From NCBI GenBank assembly GCA_910584185.1, contig CAJTYC010000002.1, positions 1-60,442 on the forward strand: a stretch of 60,442 nt of DNA. The letters are read 5' to 3'. This DNA comes from an uncultured Muribaculaceae bacterium. Its GTDB lineage: Bacteria > Bacteroidota > Bacteroidia > Bacteroidales > Muribaculaceae. The position numbers were made by a program, and so were the translations under genes. Shown one piece after another: positions 1 to 7,796 of the stretch; the stretch's first letter is position 1; the number at the start of each line of letters is the position of its first letter. The notes under the pieces are model-generated. The model searched no databases. It was not told the DNA's origin and worked only from the letters and a program-made list of their open reading frames with translations.

Positions 1-101
1 CGGCGACTCCTTTTCCCCAGTGCGCGAAGCAACTTGCCAGGCCGGTTGCCAGCTACTCGGCAGAAGTCGTTGCATCGCGCACTGGGGGAAAGGAGGCGCC
101 G
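1..101. repeat. Long imperfect inverted repeat (REP/MITE-like hairpin), possibly truncated by the window edge
   Basis: Arm 1-33 pairs with arm 69-101: 30 Watson-Crick pairs, 1 G-U pair and 2 mismatches over 33 positions. Confidence 0.8.
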
Positions 102-213
102 CCGACGTCACAAATCCACCGTCAGGCGAGGTTTGTTGGGTCGTTTTGCTTGTAAATCATTAAGTTAGATGAGGGTTGTATACAGAACATCTCCTAAAGT
201 AAATAGTCGCGGT

Positions 214-292
214 AATATTTTTTGGATTGTAATCCAAAAAGTGGGCAATAATTTTGGATTGTAATCCAAAAAGTAGGCAATAATTTTGGATT
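214..292. repeat. About 2.5 tandem 32-bp units, each holding the palindrome TTTTGGATT-GT-AATCCAAAA
   Basis: Palindrome at 220-239 and 252-271, half copy at 284-292; exact 32-bp period. Confidence 0.85.
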
Positions 293-297
293 AATAG

Positions 298-344
298 AAA
301 AAACGGAGTCTGTCGTGATAGATTGGACAGACTCCGTTATTTTT
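298..344. terminator. Intrinsic terminator (bidirectional layout) downstream of purT
   Basis: Perfect 13-bp stem aacggagtctgtc (302-314) / gacagactccgtt (326-338), flanked by A and T runs. Confidence 0.75.
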
Positions 345-382
345 GCCTTCTTGGTGAGTTACGCCAAGAGATGGTCTCTTTA

Positions 383-1567
383 TTACTTCAGGTCGATGTT
401 AATCTTGGCGGCGGCTGCGTCCACCTTGTCGCATGCTTCCTGCACTGTGTCGGCGGTGGCGAGCATCACTCCCATGCGGCGGTGTCCCTTGACTTCCGGC
501 TTGCCGAAGATACGCATATCGGTGCCCGGCACTGAGAGAGCCTCCTCCATGCCGGTGAAAGCGATGTCGGTAGAGTCGCCCCAAGCGAGCAGCGCACGCG
601 ATGCCGACGGGCAGTAGAACTTGATTTCGGGTATAGGAAGTCCGAGCAAAGCGCGAACGTGAAGCGCGAACTCAGAGAGATGCTGCGAAATGAGCGTCAC
701 CATGCCGGTATCGTGCGGGCGGGGTGAAAGTTCGGAGAAGATTACTTGGTCGCCCTTGACGAAGAACTCCACACCGAAGATGCCGAAGCCTCCGAGAGCG
801 CCGGTAACCTTCTTGGCTATTTCCTGAGCCTGAGCGATAGCCGATGCACTCATGGGCTGGGGCTGCCAGCTGCGGCGGTAGTCTCCGCTCTCCTGATAAT
901 GGCCGATAGGTTCGCAGAACGAGGTGCCGCCGATATGACGCACGGTGAGCAGTGTGATTTCATAGTCGAAGTCTACGAAGCCCTCCACGATTACGGCACC
1001 CTTGCCGGCACGTCCACCCTCCTGGGCCTCACGCCATGCGGTGTCGATCTGGTCGGGAGTCTTCACAGTGCTCTGGCCATGACCAGATGAACTCATCACC
1101 GGCTTCACCACGCAGGGGAGACCGATCTCCTCGATAGCCTTCTTGTATTCCTCCTCGGTGTCGGCGAAGCGGAAAGGGGAAGTGGGCACCTTGAGCTCAT
1201 TGGCTGCGAGATTGCGGATCTCGCGGCGGTTCATGGTGATGAAAGTGGCGCGGGCAGTAGGCACCACATTCCAGCCCTCCTGCTCCAAGGCGATAAGGGT
1301 GGGAGTGGCGATAGCCTCAATCTCAGGTATAATATAGTCCGGTTTCTCCTCCTCCACTATCTTGCGGAGGGCGTCACCATCGAGCATCGACACCACGATG
1401 CTCCGGTTGGCCACCTGCATGGCCGGGGCTTTGGGATACTTGTCGAGGGCCACCACCTCCACGCCATAGCGCTGGAGCTCGATGACCACTTCCTTGCCGA
1501 GTTCGCCGCTGCCGAGAAGCAGGGCCTTCTTGCCTCGGGCTGTGAATGGGGTTCCGATTGTTAGCAT
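383..1567 (-). CDS. purT: Formate-dependent phosphoribosylglycinamide formyltransferase
   Basis: [14 protein letters not shown]-grasp [28 protein letters not shown] motifs. Confidence 0.95.
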   Translation of the reverse strand: MLTIGTPFTARGKKALLLGSGELGKEVVIELQRYGVEVVALDKYPKAPAMQVANRSIVVSMLDGDALRKIVEEEKPDYIIPEIEAIATPTLIALEQEGWNVVPTARATFITMNRREIRNLAANELKVPTSPFRFADTEEEYKKAIEEIGLPCVVKPVMSSSGHGQSTVKTPDQIDTAWREAQEGGRAGKGAVIVEGFVDFDYEITLLTVRHIGGTSFCEPIGHYQESGDYRRSWQPQPMSASAIAQAQEIAKKVTGALGGFGIFGVEFFVKGDQVIFSELSPRPHDTGMVTLISQHLSEFALHVRALLGLPIPEIKFYCPSASRALLAWGDSTDIAFTGMEEALSVPGTDMRIFGKPEVKGHRRMGVMLATADTVQEACDKVDAAAAKINIDLK

Positions 1568-1581
1568 ATTTTTATTTCTTT

Positions 1582-1641
1582 TTTAAGGTCTTTAGGGTCT
1601 TTAAGGTCTTTAAGGACTTTAGGGTCTTTAAGGACTTTAAG
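1582..1641 (-). repeat. 9-bp microsatellite (GACCTTAAA/GTCCTTAAA on the transcribed strand), about 6.7 copies
   Basis: tttaaggtc tttagggtc tttaaggtc tttaaggac tttagggtc tttaaggac tttaag. Confidence 0.9.
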
Positions 1642-1665
1642 ATCAGATGATTCTAAATTATAAAT

Positions 1666-2487
1666 TTAGTAGCTTTCTTCTGGGGTGGGGAAGGAGCCGG
1701 ACTTCACGTCGTCTACGTAGTGGCCTATGGCATCGTGCATGATGGTCGCGAGGTCGGCATAACGGCGCAGGAACCTCGGTGAGAAGCCCTGGTTTATGCC
1801 GAGCATGTCGTGCATCACGAGCACTTGGCCGTCGGTGCCGCCTCCGGCGCCGATTCCAATGGTCGGGATGGTGAGTTGTTCGGAGACTTTGCGGGCCAGT
1901 TCAGCCGGAATTTTCTCAAGCACAATGGCGAAACAGCCTATATCCTCGAGCATATGTGCGTCGGCTATCAGTTTTTCGGCCTCAGCCTCCTCGCGTGCGC
2001 GAACATTATAAGTTCCGAACTTGTTGATGCTCTGAGGGGTGAGACCGAGGTGTCCCATCACAGGGATGCCGGCGCAGAGTATACGTTCGATAGACTCGCG
2101 GATTTCCGAGCCACCCTCCATCTTTACGGCTTCGGCATGGCTCTCCTTCATGATGCGGATAGCGGAAGCCAAAGCCTCCTTGGAGTTGCCCTGATAAGAG
2201 CCGAAAGGGAGGTCGACGACCACGAGGGCACGTTGGGTGCCCTTCATCACCGACTTGGCATGATAAATCATCTGGTCGAGGGTGATAGGCAGGGTTGTGA
2301 CATTACCGGCCATGACATTTGAGGCAGAATCGCCCACAAGAATCACGTCGATGCCGGCACCGTCAACAATCTTGGCCGAACTATAGTCGTAAGAGGTGAG
2401 CATGGAAATCTTTTCGCCACGCTGCTTCATCTCCGCAAGGCGACGCGTTGTGACCTTGCGCTTGTTGTCAGTAGTATTGGTAGACAT
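1666..2487 (-). CDS. panB: 3-methyl-2-oxobutanoate hydroxymethyltransferase; start taken at MSTNTTDNK, not the ORF-track start at 2847
   Basis: [50 protein letters not shown]. Confidence 0.95.
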   Translation of the reverse strand: MSTNTTDNKRKVTTRRLAEMKQRGEKISMLTSYDYSSAKIVDGAGIDVILVGDSASNVMAGNVTTLPITLDQMIYHAKSVMKGTQRALVVVDLPFGSYQGNSKEALASAIRIMKESHAEAVKMEGGSEIRESIERILCAGIPVMGHLGLTPQSINKFGTYNVRAREEAEAEKLIADAHMLEDIGCFAIVLEKIPAELARKVSEQLTIPTIGIGAGGGTDGQVLVMHDMLGINQGFSPRFLRRYADLATIMHDAIGHYVDDVKSGSFPTPEESY

Positions 2488-2553
2488 CTTTAATGAGTTA
2501 TAATCAGCAATTTCGACCCGCACGCGTTTGAAATGCGTGACCCGGTCAGATTG

Positions 2554-2561
2554 CAAAATTA
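2554..2561 (-). promoter_or_regulatory. Bacteroidetes -7 promoter element (TAATTTTG) for panB-purT
   Basis: caaaatta on + strand equals TAATTTTG on - strand, about 67 bp upstream of the panB ATG. Confidence 0.6.
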
Positions 2562-2604
2562 CAAAAAAAATATGATTGGAGATTGTGCTTTCAAAATAAA
2601 TTAT

Positions 2605-2612
2605 TAATTTTG
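2605..2612 (+). promoter_or_regulatory. Bacteroidetes -7 promoter element (TAATTTTG) for the met operon
   Basis: Matches TAnnTTTG; TTG at 2583-2585 sits at the -33 position; divergent from the panB promoter. Confidence 0.65.
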
Positions 2613-2641
2613 CGGTGTCAAACAAGAGAAAAACATCTAAG

Positions 2642-2755
2642 ATGATGACGAAGTGTACATATGATAATATAAGCGTCATGGCCTGTGAGGGCATGATGAT
2701 GGTCATGTGTATGTGCATGCGCAGCCGCGAGCCGGGTGTGTCGCCTTTGTCATGA
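2642..2755 (+). CDS. Met/Cys-rich leader peptide [37 protein letters not shown] (37 aa)
   Basis: 9 Met and 4 Cys codons, including the run [10 protein letters not shown]-rich region before the ATG; lies between the promoter and metY. Confidence 0.85.
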   Translation: MMTKCTYDNISVMACEGMMMVMCMCMRSREPGVSPLS

Positions 2756-2816
2756 CATCTTGCATAAGAGATTGAGATAAAGATGAGGCCCGGCGCACCA
2801 AGCGTCGGGCTTTTTT
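2729..2816 (+). promoter_or_regulatory. Attenuator: antiterminator (2729-2751 with 2776-2796) mutually exclusive with terminator (2786-2816)
   Basis: Terminator gcccggcgc-accaa-gcgtcgggc followed by 6 T; gccgggt and ctttgtc in the leader can pair with gcccggc and gataaag. Confidence 0.8.
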
Positions 2817-2874
2817 CTAATAGGGCAAATAGGTCAAATAATCTCATCTATCTAAACACCAAACACCAAAAACT

Positions 2875-4158
2875 ATGGATATAAAGAAACTGAAATTCGC
2901 CACACGTCAGATCCATGCCGGTCTTGACCACAATCCGGCCACCGGTTCGCGCGGTGTAGCCATCTATCCCACTGCAGCTTACCGCTTCAACGACTGCGAG
3001 CATGCAGCCAACCTCTTCAAACTCAGCGAGCCGGGCAATATCTACACCCGTCTTCAGAATCCCACCACCTCAGCTTATGAGGAGCGCGTTGCCGCACTCT
3101 ATGGCGGTGTAGGCGCACTCGGAGTGGCCTCCGGCATGTCAGCGATACTGATTACCATCACATCGCTTGCCCAGGCCGGTGACAACATCGTGGCCTCTCC
3201 TTATTTATATGGCGGCACTTACAACCTCTTCCGTATAAGCCTTCGCAAACTCGGCATCGAGGTGCGCATACCCGCGAGCGAGCGTCCCGAAGACTTCGCC
3301 GCGCAGGTCGACGACCGCACACGCGCACTCTTCGCGGAGTCGATGGGCAACCCCACTTGCGCGGTGCCCGACCTCGAAGGCCTTGCCAAGGTGGCGCACG
3401 ATGCGGAAGTGCCACTGATTGTAGACAACACATTCGGAGGTGCCGGCTACCTCTGCAACCCCTTCGACTGGGGTGCCGACATAGTGGTAGACTCTGCCAC
3501 CAAATGGATTAACGGCCACGGCACAGCCATGGGTGGCGTGATAGTCGACGGTGGCTCGTTCAATTGGGGCAACGGCAAGTTTCCAGAGATAGACGGTCCC
3601 TCAGAGGGTTATCACGGCTTGAACCTCTGGGAGGCATTTGGTCCGGTGGCGTTTATCGTGAAATGTCGAGTGGATGGGCTGCGCGACTTCGGCCCTTGCC
3701 CGTCGGCGTTCGACAGTTACCTCATGATGATCGGTCTGGAGACACTATCTCTACGCGTGCGTCATCAAGTTGAGTCAACGCGCAGGCTTGCAGAATATCT
3801 GCAAAATCACCCCAAGGTGAAGAAAGTTAGTTATGTGGGCTTCGAGGACCATCCCTCATATGCAAACGCGCAGAAATATTACCGCTTCGGCGCATCGGGC
3901 GTACTCAATGTGGAGCTCCAGGGAGACCTGGAGTCAACGGTGAGATTTGTGGAATCGCTCGAACTTCTCGCCAACATGACCATGATAGGCGACTCCATCT
4001 CAGTGGTTACACACCCGGCATCGACCACCCACAAACAACTTAGCGAGTCCGACCTCGAGGCAGCCGGAGTCACGCCGACACTGCTCCGCATATCGCTCGG
4101 ACTGGAAGATGTGGAAGATATAATAGCTGACTTCGAACAAGCATTTGCACATGTCTGA
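2875..4158 (+). CDS. metY: O-acetylhomoserine aminocarboxypropyltransferase (sulfhydrylase)
   Basis: [25 protein letters not shown]-lysine motif [24 protein letters not shown]. Confidence 0.92.
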   Translation: MDIKKLKFATRQIHAGLDHNPATGSRGVAIYPTAAYRFNDCEHAANLFKLSEPGNIYTRLQNPTTSAYEERVAALYGGVGALGVASGMSAILITITSLAQAGDNIVASPYLYGGTYNLFRISLRKLGIEVRIPASERPEDFAAQVDDRTRALFAESMGNPTCAVPDLEGLAKVAHDAEVPLIVDNTFGGAGYLCNPFDWGADIVVDSATKWINGHGTAMGGVIVDGGSFNWGNGKFPEIDGPSEGYHGLNLWEAFGPVAFIVKCRVDGLRDFGPCPSAFDSYLMMIGLETLSLRVRHQVESTRRLAEYLQNHPKVKKVSYVGFEDHPSYANAQKYYRFGASGVLNVELQGDLESTVRFVESLELLANMTMIGDSISVVTHPASTTHKQLSESDLEAAGVTPTLLRISLGLEDVEDIIADFEQAFAHV

Positions 4159-5173
4159 GCCAAAGTATTTTAAATATGATGAGGCTTTTTGTCTCGAATC
4201 GGGAGAAAGGCTCGAGGGGCTCACTATTGCCTATCATACCTACGGCAAACTGAATGCGAGCCGCGACAACGTGGTGTGGGTGTGTCATGCGCTGACTGCC
4301 AACAGCGATGTGGCCGACTGGTGGCCGCATACGGTGGAGGCGGGGTGCTTCCTTGACCCCGACAAATGGTTTGTGGTGTGTGCCAACATACTCGGCTCGC
4401 ACTATGGCACCACCGGACCCCTCAGCCTGAATCCGGCCACGGGAGAGCCATATTATGGCGACTTCCCCAAGATAACCATCCGCGATATTGTCAACGCTCA
4501 CCGTCTGCTCGCCGACGCGCTCGGCATAGGTGAGATACACACGCTTGTAGGAAGCTCGGTGGGTGGTTTCCAGGCCACGGAGTGGATAGCCGGGGAGCCG
4601 GAACGTTTCGGGAGGTTGATACTGTTAGCCACCGACGCGAAGGCCTCGCCCTGGGCGATAGCCATCGATGAGACACAGCGCATGACAATCCTCGCCGACC
4701 CTACATATGGCGAGCGTCGCCCCGATGCCGGCATGGCCGGCATGGCGGCGGCACGCGCCATCGGTCTGCTTACATATCGCGGGCCCGAGGGTTACAACCT
4801 CTCGCAGCAAGACCCCGACGGGCATCAAGGTGAGCATCGGGCCTGCACATATCAGAGATACCAGGGGGAGAAGCTTTGCCGTCGGTATAATGCCTACTCC
4901 TACGTGACGATACTCGATGCCTTCGACACGCACGACATAGGGCGCGGGCGCGGAGGGGTGGCCGAAGCGTTGGCTCGAATCAACTGCCCCACCATAGTGA
5001 TTGGACTCAGCTCCGACATCATCTTCACACCTGCCGAGATGAAAAAACTCGCGCAGTCGATACCAAACGCTGAATACCGCGAGATAACATCTCCGTTCGG
5101 CCACGACGGCTTCTTGGTGGAACATGGTCAGCTTAACGAGATACTGACCCCATTCATCAATGCAAAGCTCTGA
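4151..5173 (+). CDS. metX: Homoserine O-acetyltransferase (MetX family)
   Basis: WVCHALT, ANILGS..GTTGP, nucleophile GSSVGG, GHDGFL; overlaps the metY stop. Confidence 0.9.
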   Translation: MSEPKYFKYDEAFCLESGERLEGLTIAYHTYGKLNASRDNVVWVCHALTANSDVADWWPHTVEAGCFLDPDKWFVVCANILGSHYGTTGPLSLNPATGEPYYGDFPKITIRDIVNAHRLLADALGIGEIHTLVGSSVGGFQATEWIAGEPERFGRLILLATDAKASPWAIAIDETQRMTILADPTYGERRPDAGMAGMAAARAIGLLTYRGPEGYNLSQQDPDGHQGEHRACTYQRYQGEKLCRRYNAYSYVTILDAFDTHDIGRGRGGVAEALARINCPTIVIGLSSDIIFTPAEMKKLAQSIPNAEYREITSPFGHDGFLVEHGQLNEILTPFINAKL

Positions 5174-5197
5174 TTATAAACTCTAAATTTGAAACAA

Positions 5198-6415
5198 ATG
5201 GAACAGATAAATATAGGGCTCTTTGGTTTCGGCACAGTGGGGCAAGGGGTATACAAGGTAATCGACAATGCAAAGAATGCGCACGCCGTGATAAGCAAGA
5301 TAGCGGTGCGCAACATATCCAAGCCGCGCGATGTGGAGGCCCCTAAGGAGCTGTTTACCGACAATCCGGCCGACATACTCGACAATCCCGACATCAACCT
5401 CATAGTGGAGGTGATAGACGATCCCGAGGCGAGCTATAGGATAGTCACGAGCGCATTGCGCAAGGGGATACCCGTAGTGTCGGGCAACAAGGCGATGATA
5501 GCGCGTCATCTACCCGAACTGATAGAACTCCAGCGGCAGTACGACACCGCGCTGCTCTACGATGCGTCGTCGTGCGGTTCGATACCGGTGATACGCAACC
5601 TGGAGGAATACTACGACAACGACCTGCTGCTCGAGGTGAAAGGCATCTTGAACGGTTCGAGCAACTACATACTGTCGCGGGTGTTCGACCACAACCAACC
5701 ATACAGCGAGGCGCTTCGCAAGGCCCAGGAACTCGGCTTCGCGGAGAGCGATCCATCGTTCGACATCGAAGGCTACGACTCTCTCTTCAAACTCATCATA
5801 ATCACCGTGCATGCCCTCGGAGTGTATGTGGCACCTTCGGATATATTTACATACGGCATATCGAATATCCACGAGTCAGATATCAGATATGCCCGCGAGA
5901 AAGGTGTGAAAATCAAGCTCGTGGCGCAGGTGGTGAAAGTGAGCGACGAGCGGTTCACCATGTTTGTCATGCCGGAGTTCGTGCCGCCGTCGCGCTACAT
6001 ATACAGCGTAGATGACGAATACAACGGCGTGGTGATACGCGGCGAGTGCTACGACCGCCAGTTCATGTTTGGCAAAGGTGCCGGGAGTCTGCCCACGGCA
6101 TCATCGATACTTTCCGACATAATGGCACGCCGCCACGACTACCGTTACGAATACAAGAAGATGGCATATGTGGACCGGCCGGAATATACCACCGATGTGT
6201 TGGTGCGCGTCTATGTGCGGTATCGCGAGACCAACATACTCGGCACACTGCCATTTGTGGAGGTGAGGGAGCAATACATGTCGAAAGAAAACAACTACGT
6301 GATAGGCGACATAAAGCTGCGCGACTTGATATCGCACCGCGAACTGCTCTCCGCCCCCGACGTATTCATAGCCAGCCTGCCCACCTTCTTCACCGACCGC
6401 GACAACGCCGAGTGA
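5198..6415 (+). CDS. hom: Homoserine dehydrogenase
   Basis: GLFGFGTVGQG, VVSGNK, GILNGSSNYIL, AQELGFAESDP, GKGAGSLPTA. Confidence 0.92.
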   Translation: MEQINIGLFGFGTVGQGVYKVIDNAKNAHAVISKIAVRNISKPRDVEAPKELFTDNPADILDNPDINLIVEVIDDPEASYRIVTSALRKGIPVVSGNKAMIARHLPELIELQRQYDTALLYDASSCGSIPVIRNLEEYYDNDLLLEVKGILNGSSNYILSRVFDHNQPYSEALRKAQELGFAESDPSFDIEGYDSLFKLIIITVHALGVYVAPSDIFTYGISNIHESDIRYAREKGVKIKLVAQVVKVSDERFTMFVMPEFVPPSRYIYSVDDEYNGVVIRGECYDRQFMFGKGAGSLPTASSILSDIMARRHDYRYEYKKMAYVDRPEYTTDVLVRVYVRYRETNILGTLPFVEVREQYMSKENNYVIGDIKLRDLISHRELLSAPDVFIASLPTFFTDRDNAE

Positions 6416-6475
6416 CGATAGAAGGCGTGCGGAATGCTTTGTGGCTGAATAAAAATGTGTATATATGTGAAAAAC

Positions 6476-6506
6476 TTTGTGGTTTGACAAAAAATTGCTA
6501 ATTTTG
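6476..6506 (+). promoter_or_regulatory. Bacteroidetes promoter for the car-pyr operon
   Basis: TTTG 6476-6479, 19-nt spacer, TAATTTTG 6499-6506. Confidence 0.65.
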
Positions 6507-6523
6507 CAGAGCAAAAGAACGCA

Positions 6524-6601
6524 ATGAAATTTAGACGACATAACAGAGGTAACGCTCGAACCGCGATCCCTGTCAGCTGCCATCTCCTGCGGAGGTGGTG
6601 A
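6524..6601 (+). CDS. Putative Arg-rich leader peptide MKFRRHNRGNARTAIPVSCHLLRRW (25 aa)
   Basis: 6 Arg codons (AGA, CGA, AGA, CGA, CGG, AGG); starts just after the promoter and runs through a terminator-like hairpin. Confidence 0.6.
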   Translation: MKFRRHNRGNARTAIPVSCHLLRRW

Positions 6602-6633
6602 TGAGGTTGACCCGGGGAGGAGCGGTTTTTTTT
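6559..6633 (+). terminator. Long interrupted hairpin plus 8-T tract in the carA leader (putative attenuator)
   Basis: Nested stems aaccgc/gcggtt, tccct/gggga, gtcagct/ggttgac, gccatctcc/ggaggtggt; T run 6626-6633. Confidence 0.7.
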
Positions 6634-6673
6634 ATATACAAAAACAACAATATCAAAATATATCTGATAGACG

Positions 6674-7759
6674 ATGAAGAAAGCCACATTGATACTTGAT
6701 GACGGCACCCGCATGGAGGGTGAGTCGTTTGGATATGACGGCAACGTGGCCGGCGAAGTAGTGTTCAACACGGCGATGACCGGTTATCCGGAGAGTCTGA
6801 CTGACCCCTCATATGCCGGTCAGCTCATGACGCTCACTTACCCGCTGGTGGGCAATTACGGCGTGCCGTCGACCGATGATGAGGAGGGCGGCATAGCCAA
6901 ATTTATGGAGAGCGACAGGATTTATGCCTCCGGTATCATAGTGGGCGATTACAGCGAACAGTTCAGCCACTGGAACGCCAAGGAGAGCCTCTCCGACTGG
7001 CTTAAGCGTGAGAAGGTGCCCGGAATCACCGGCATCGACACCCGTTATCTCACCCAGATTCTGCGTGAACATGGCGTCATGACAGGCAAAATCATAGTGG
7101 AAGGCACAGGACTCGAACCCGAACCGATCGACTACAACAGCATCAACTATGTAGATGAGGTTTCGACCAAGGAAGTTAAGACCTACGGTGCCGGAGAAGA
7201 TAAGAAGAAAGTGGTGCTCGTGGACTGCGGCGCTAAAAACAATATATTGCGCTGCTTGCTCAACCGTGGTGTGGAGGTGACCGTGGTGCCGTGGAACTAT
7301 GACTTCAACGGCATGCAGTTTGATGGTCTCTTCATCTCAAACGGTCCCGGTAATCCGGAGCAATGCGTTGCGGCAGTGGAGAATATCCGCAAGTTTATCA
7401 GCAATCCTGACGAGACACGTCCCTTGATGGGCATCTGCATGGGCAACCAGCTTCTCGCCAAGGCAGCCGGCGCAGGCATCTATAAGCTGAAGTATGGCCA
7501 TCGCTCGCACAACCAGCCCGTGCGCATGGAAGGCACCAACCGTTGCTTCATCACCAGCCAGAACCATGGCTTCGCGGTGGACCCCAGCACGCTCAGCGAA
7601 GGTTGGGAACCATATTTCACCAACATGAACGACGGTTCAAACGAGGGTATCCGCCACAAGAGCAAGCCCTGGTATTCGTCGCAATTCCATCCCGAGGCAT
7701 CGGGCGGTCCTGTCGACACGGAGTTCCTTTTTGATGATTTTGTAAACCTGTTGGGTTGA
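6674..7759 (+). CDS. carA: Carbamoyl-phosphate synthase small subunit
   Basis: GEVVFNTAMTGYPESLTDPSY, SNGPGNP, GICMGNQ, ITSQNHGF, QFHPEA. Confidence 0.97.
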   Translation: MKKATLILDDGTRMEGESFGYDGNVAGEVVFNTAMTGYPESLTDPSYAGQLMTLTYPLVGNYGVPSTDDEEGGIAKFMESDRIYASGIIVGDYSEQFSHWNAKESLSDWLKREKVPGITGIDTRYLTQILREHGVMTGKIIVEGTGLEPEPIDYNSINYVDEVSTKEVKTYGAGEDKKKVVLVDCGAKNNILRCLLNRGVEVTVVPWNYDFNGMQFDGLFISNGPGNPEQCVAAVENIRKFISNPDETRPLMGICMGNQLLAKAAGAGIYKLKYGHRSHNQPVRMEGTNRCFITSQNHGFAVDPSTLSEGWEPYFTNMNDGSNEGIRHKSKPWYSSQFHPEASGGPVDTEFLFDDFVNLLG

Positions 7760-7796
7760 CACACAGTCACCTGTCATAATATAATATCACGTTATC

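Noticed and set aside
214..292. CRISPR array (also considered for 16991-17078)
   Set aside because: Only 2-3 units, spacers of 12-14 bp, near-identical spacers in the first array, and no cas genes
2488..2847. 120-aa N-terminal extension of panB in the ORF track
   Set aside because: It spans both divergent promoters and is antisense to the Met leader (its HIHM stretch mirrors the ATG/TGT codons); homology starts at 2487
2613..2874. SAM riboswitch upstream of metY
   Set aside because: No SAM-I or SAM-II core seen by eye; the leader-peptide attenuator explains the region. An Rfam scan would settle it
6540..6633. PyrR-binding loop before carA
   Set aside because: The ARUCCNGNGAGGYU consensus is not matched and no pyrR is in the window
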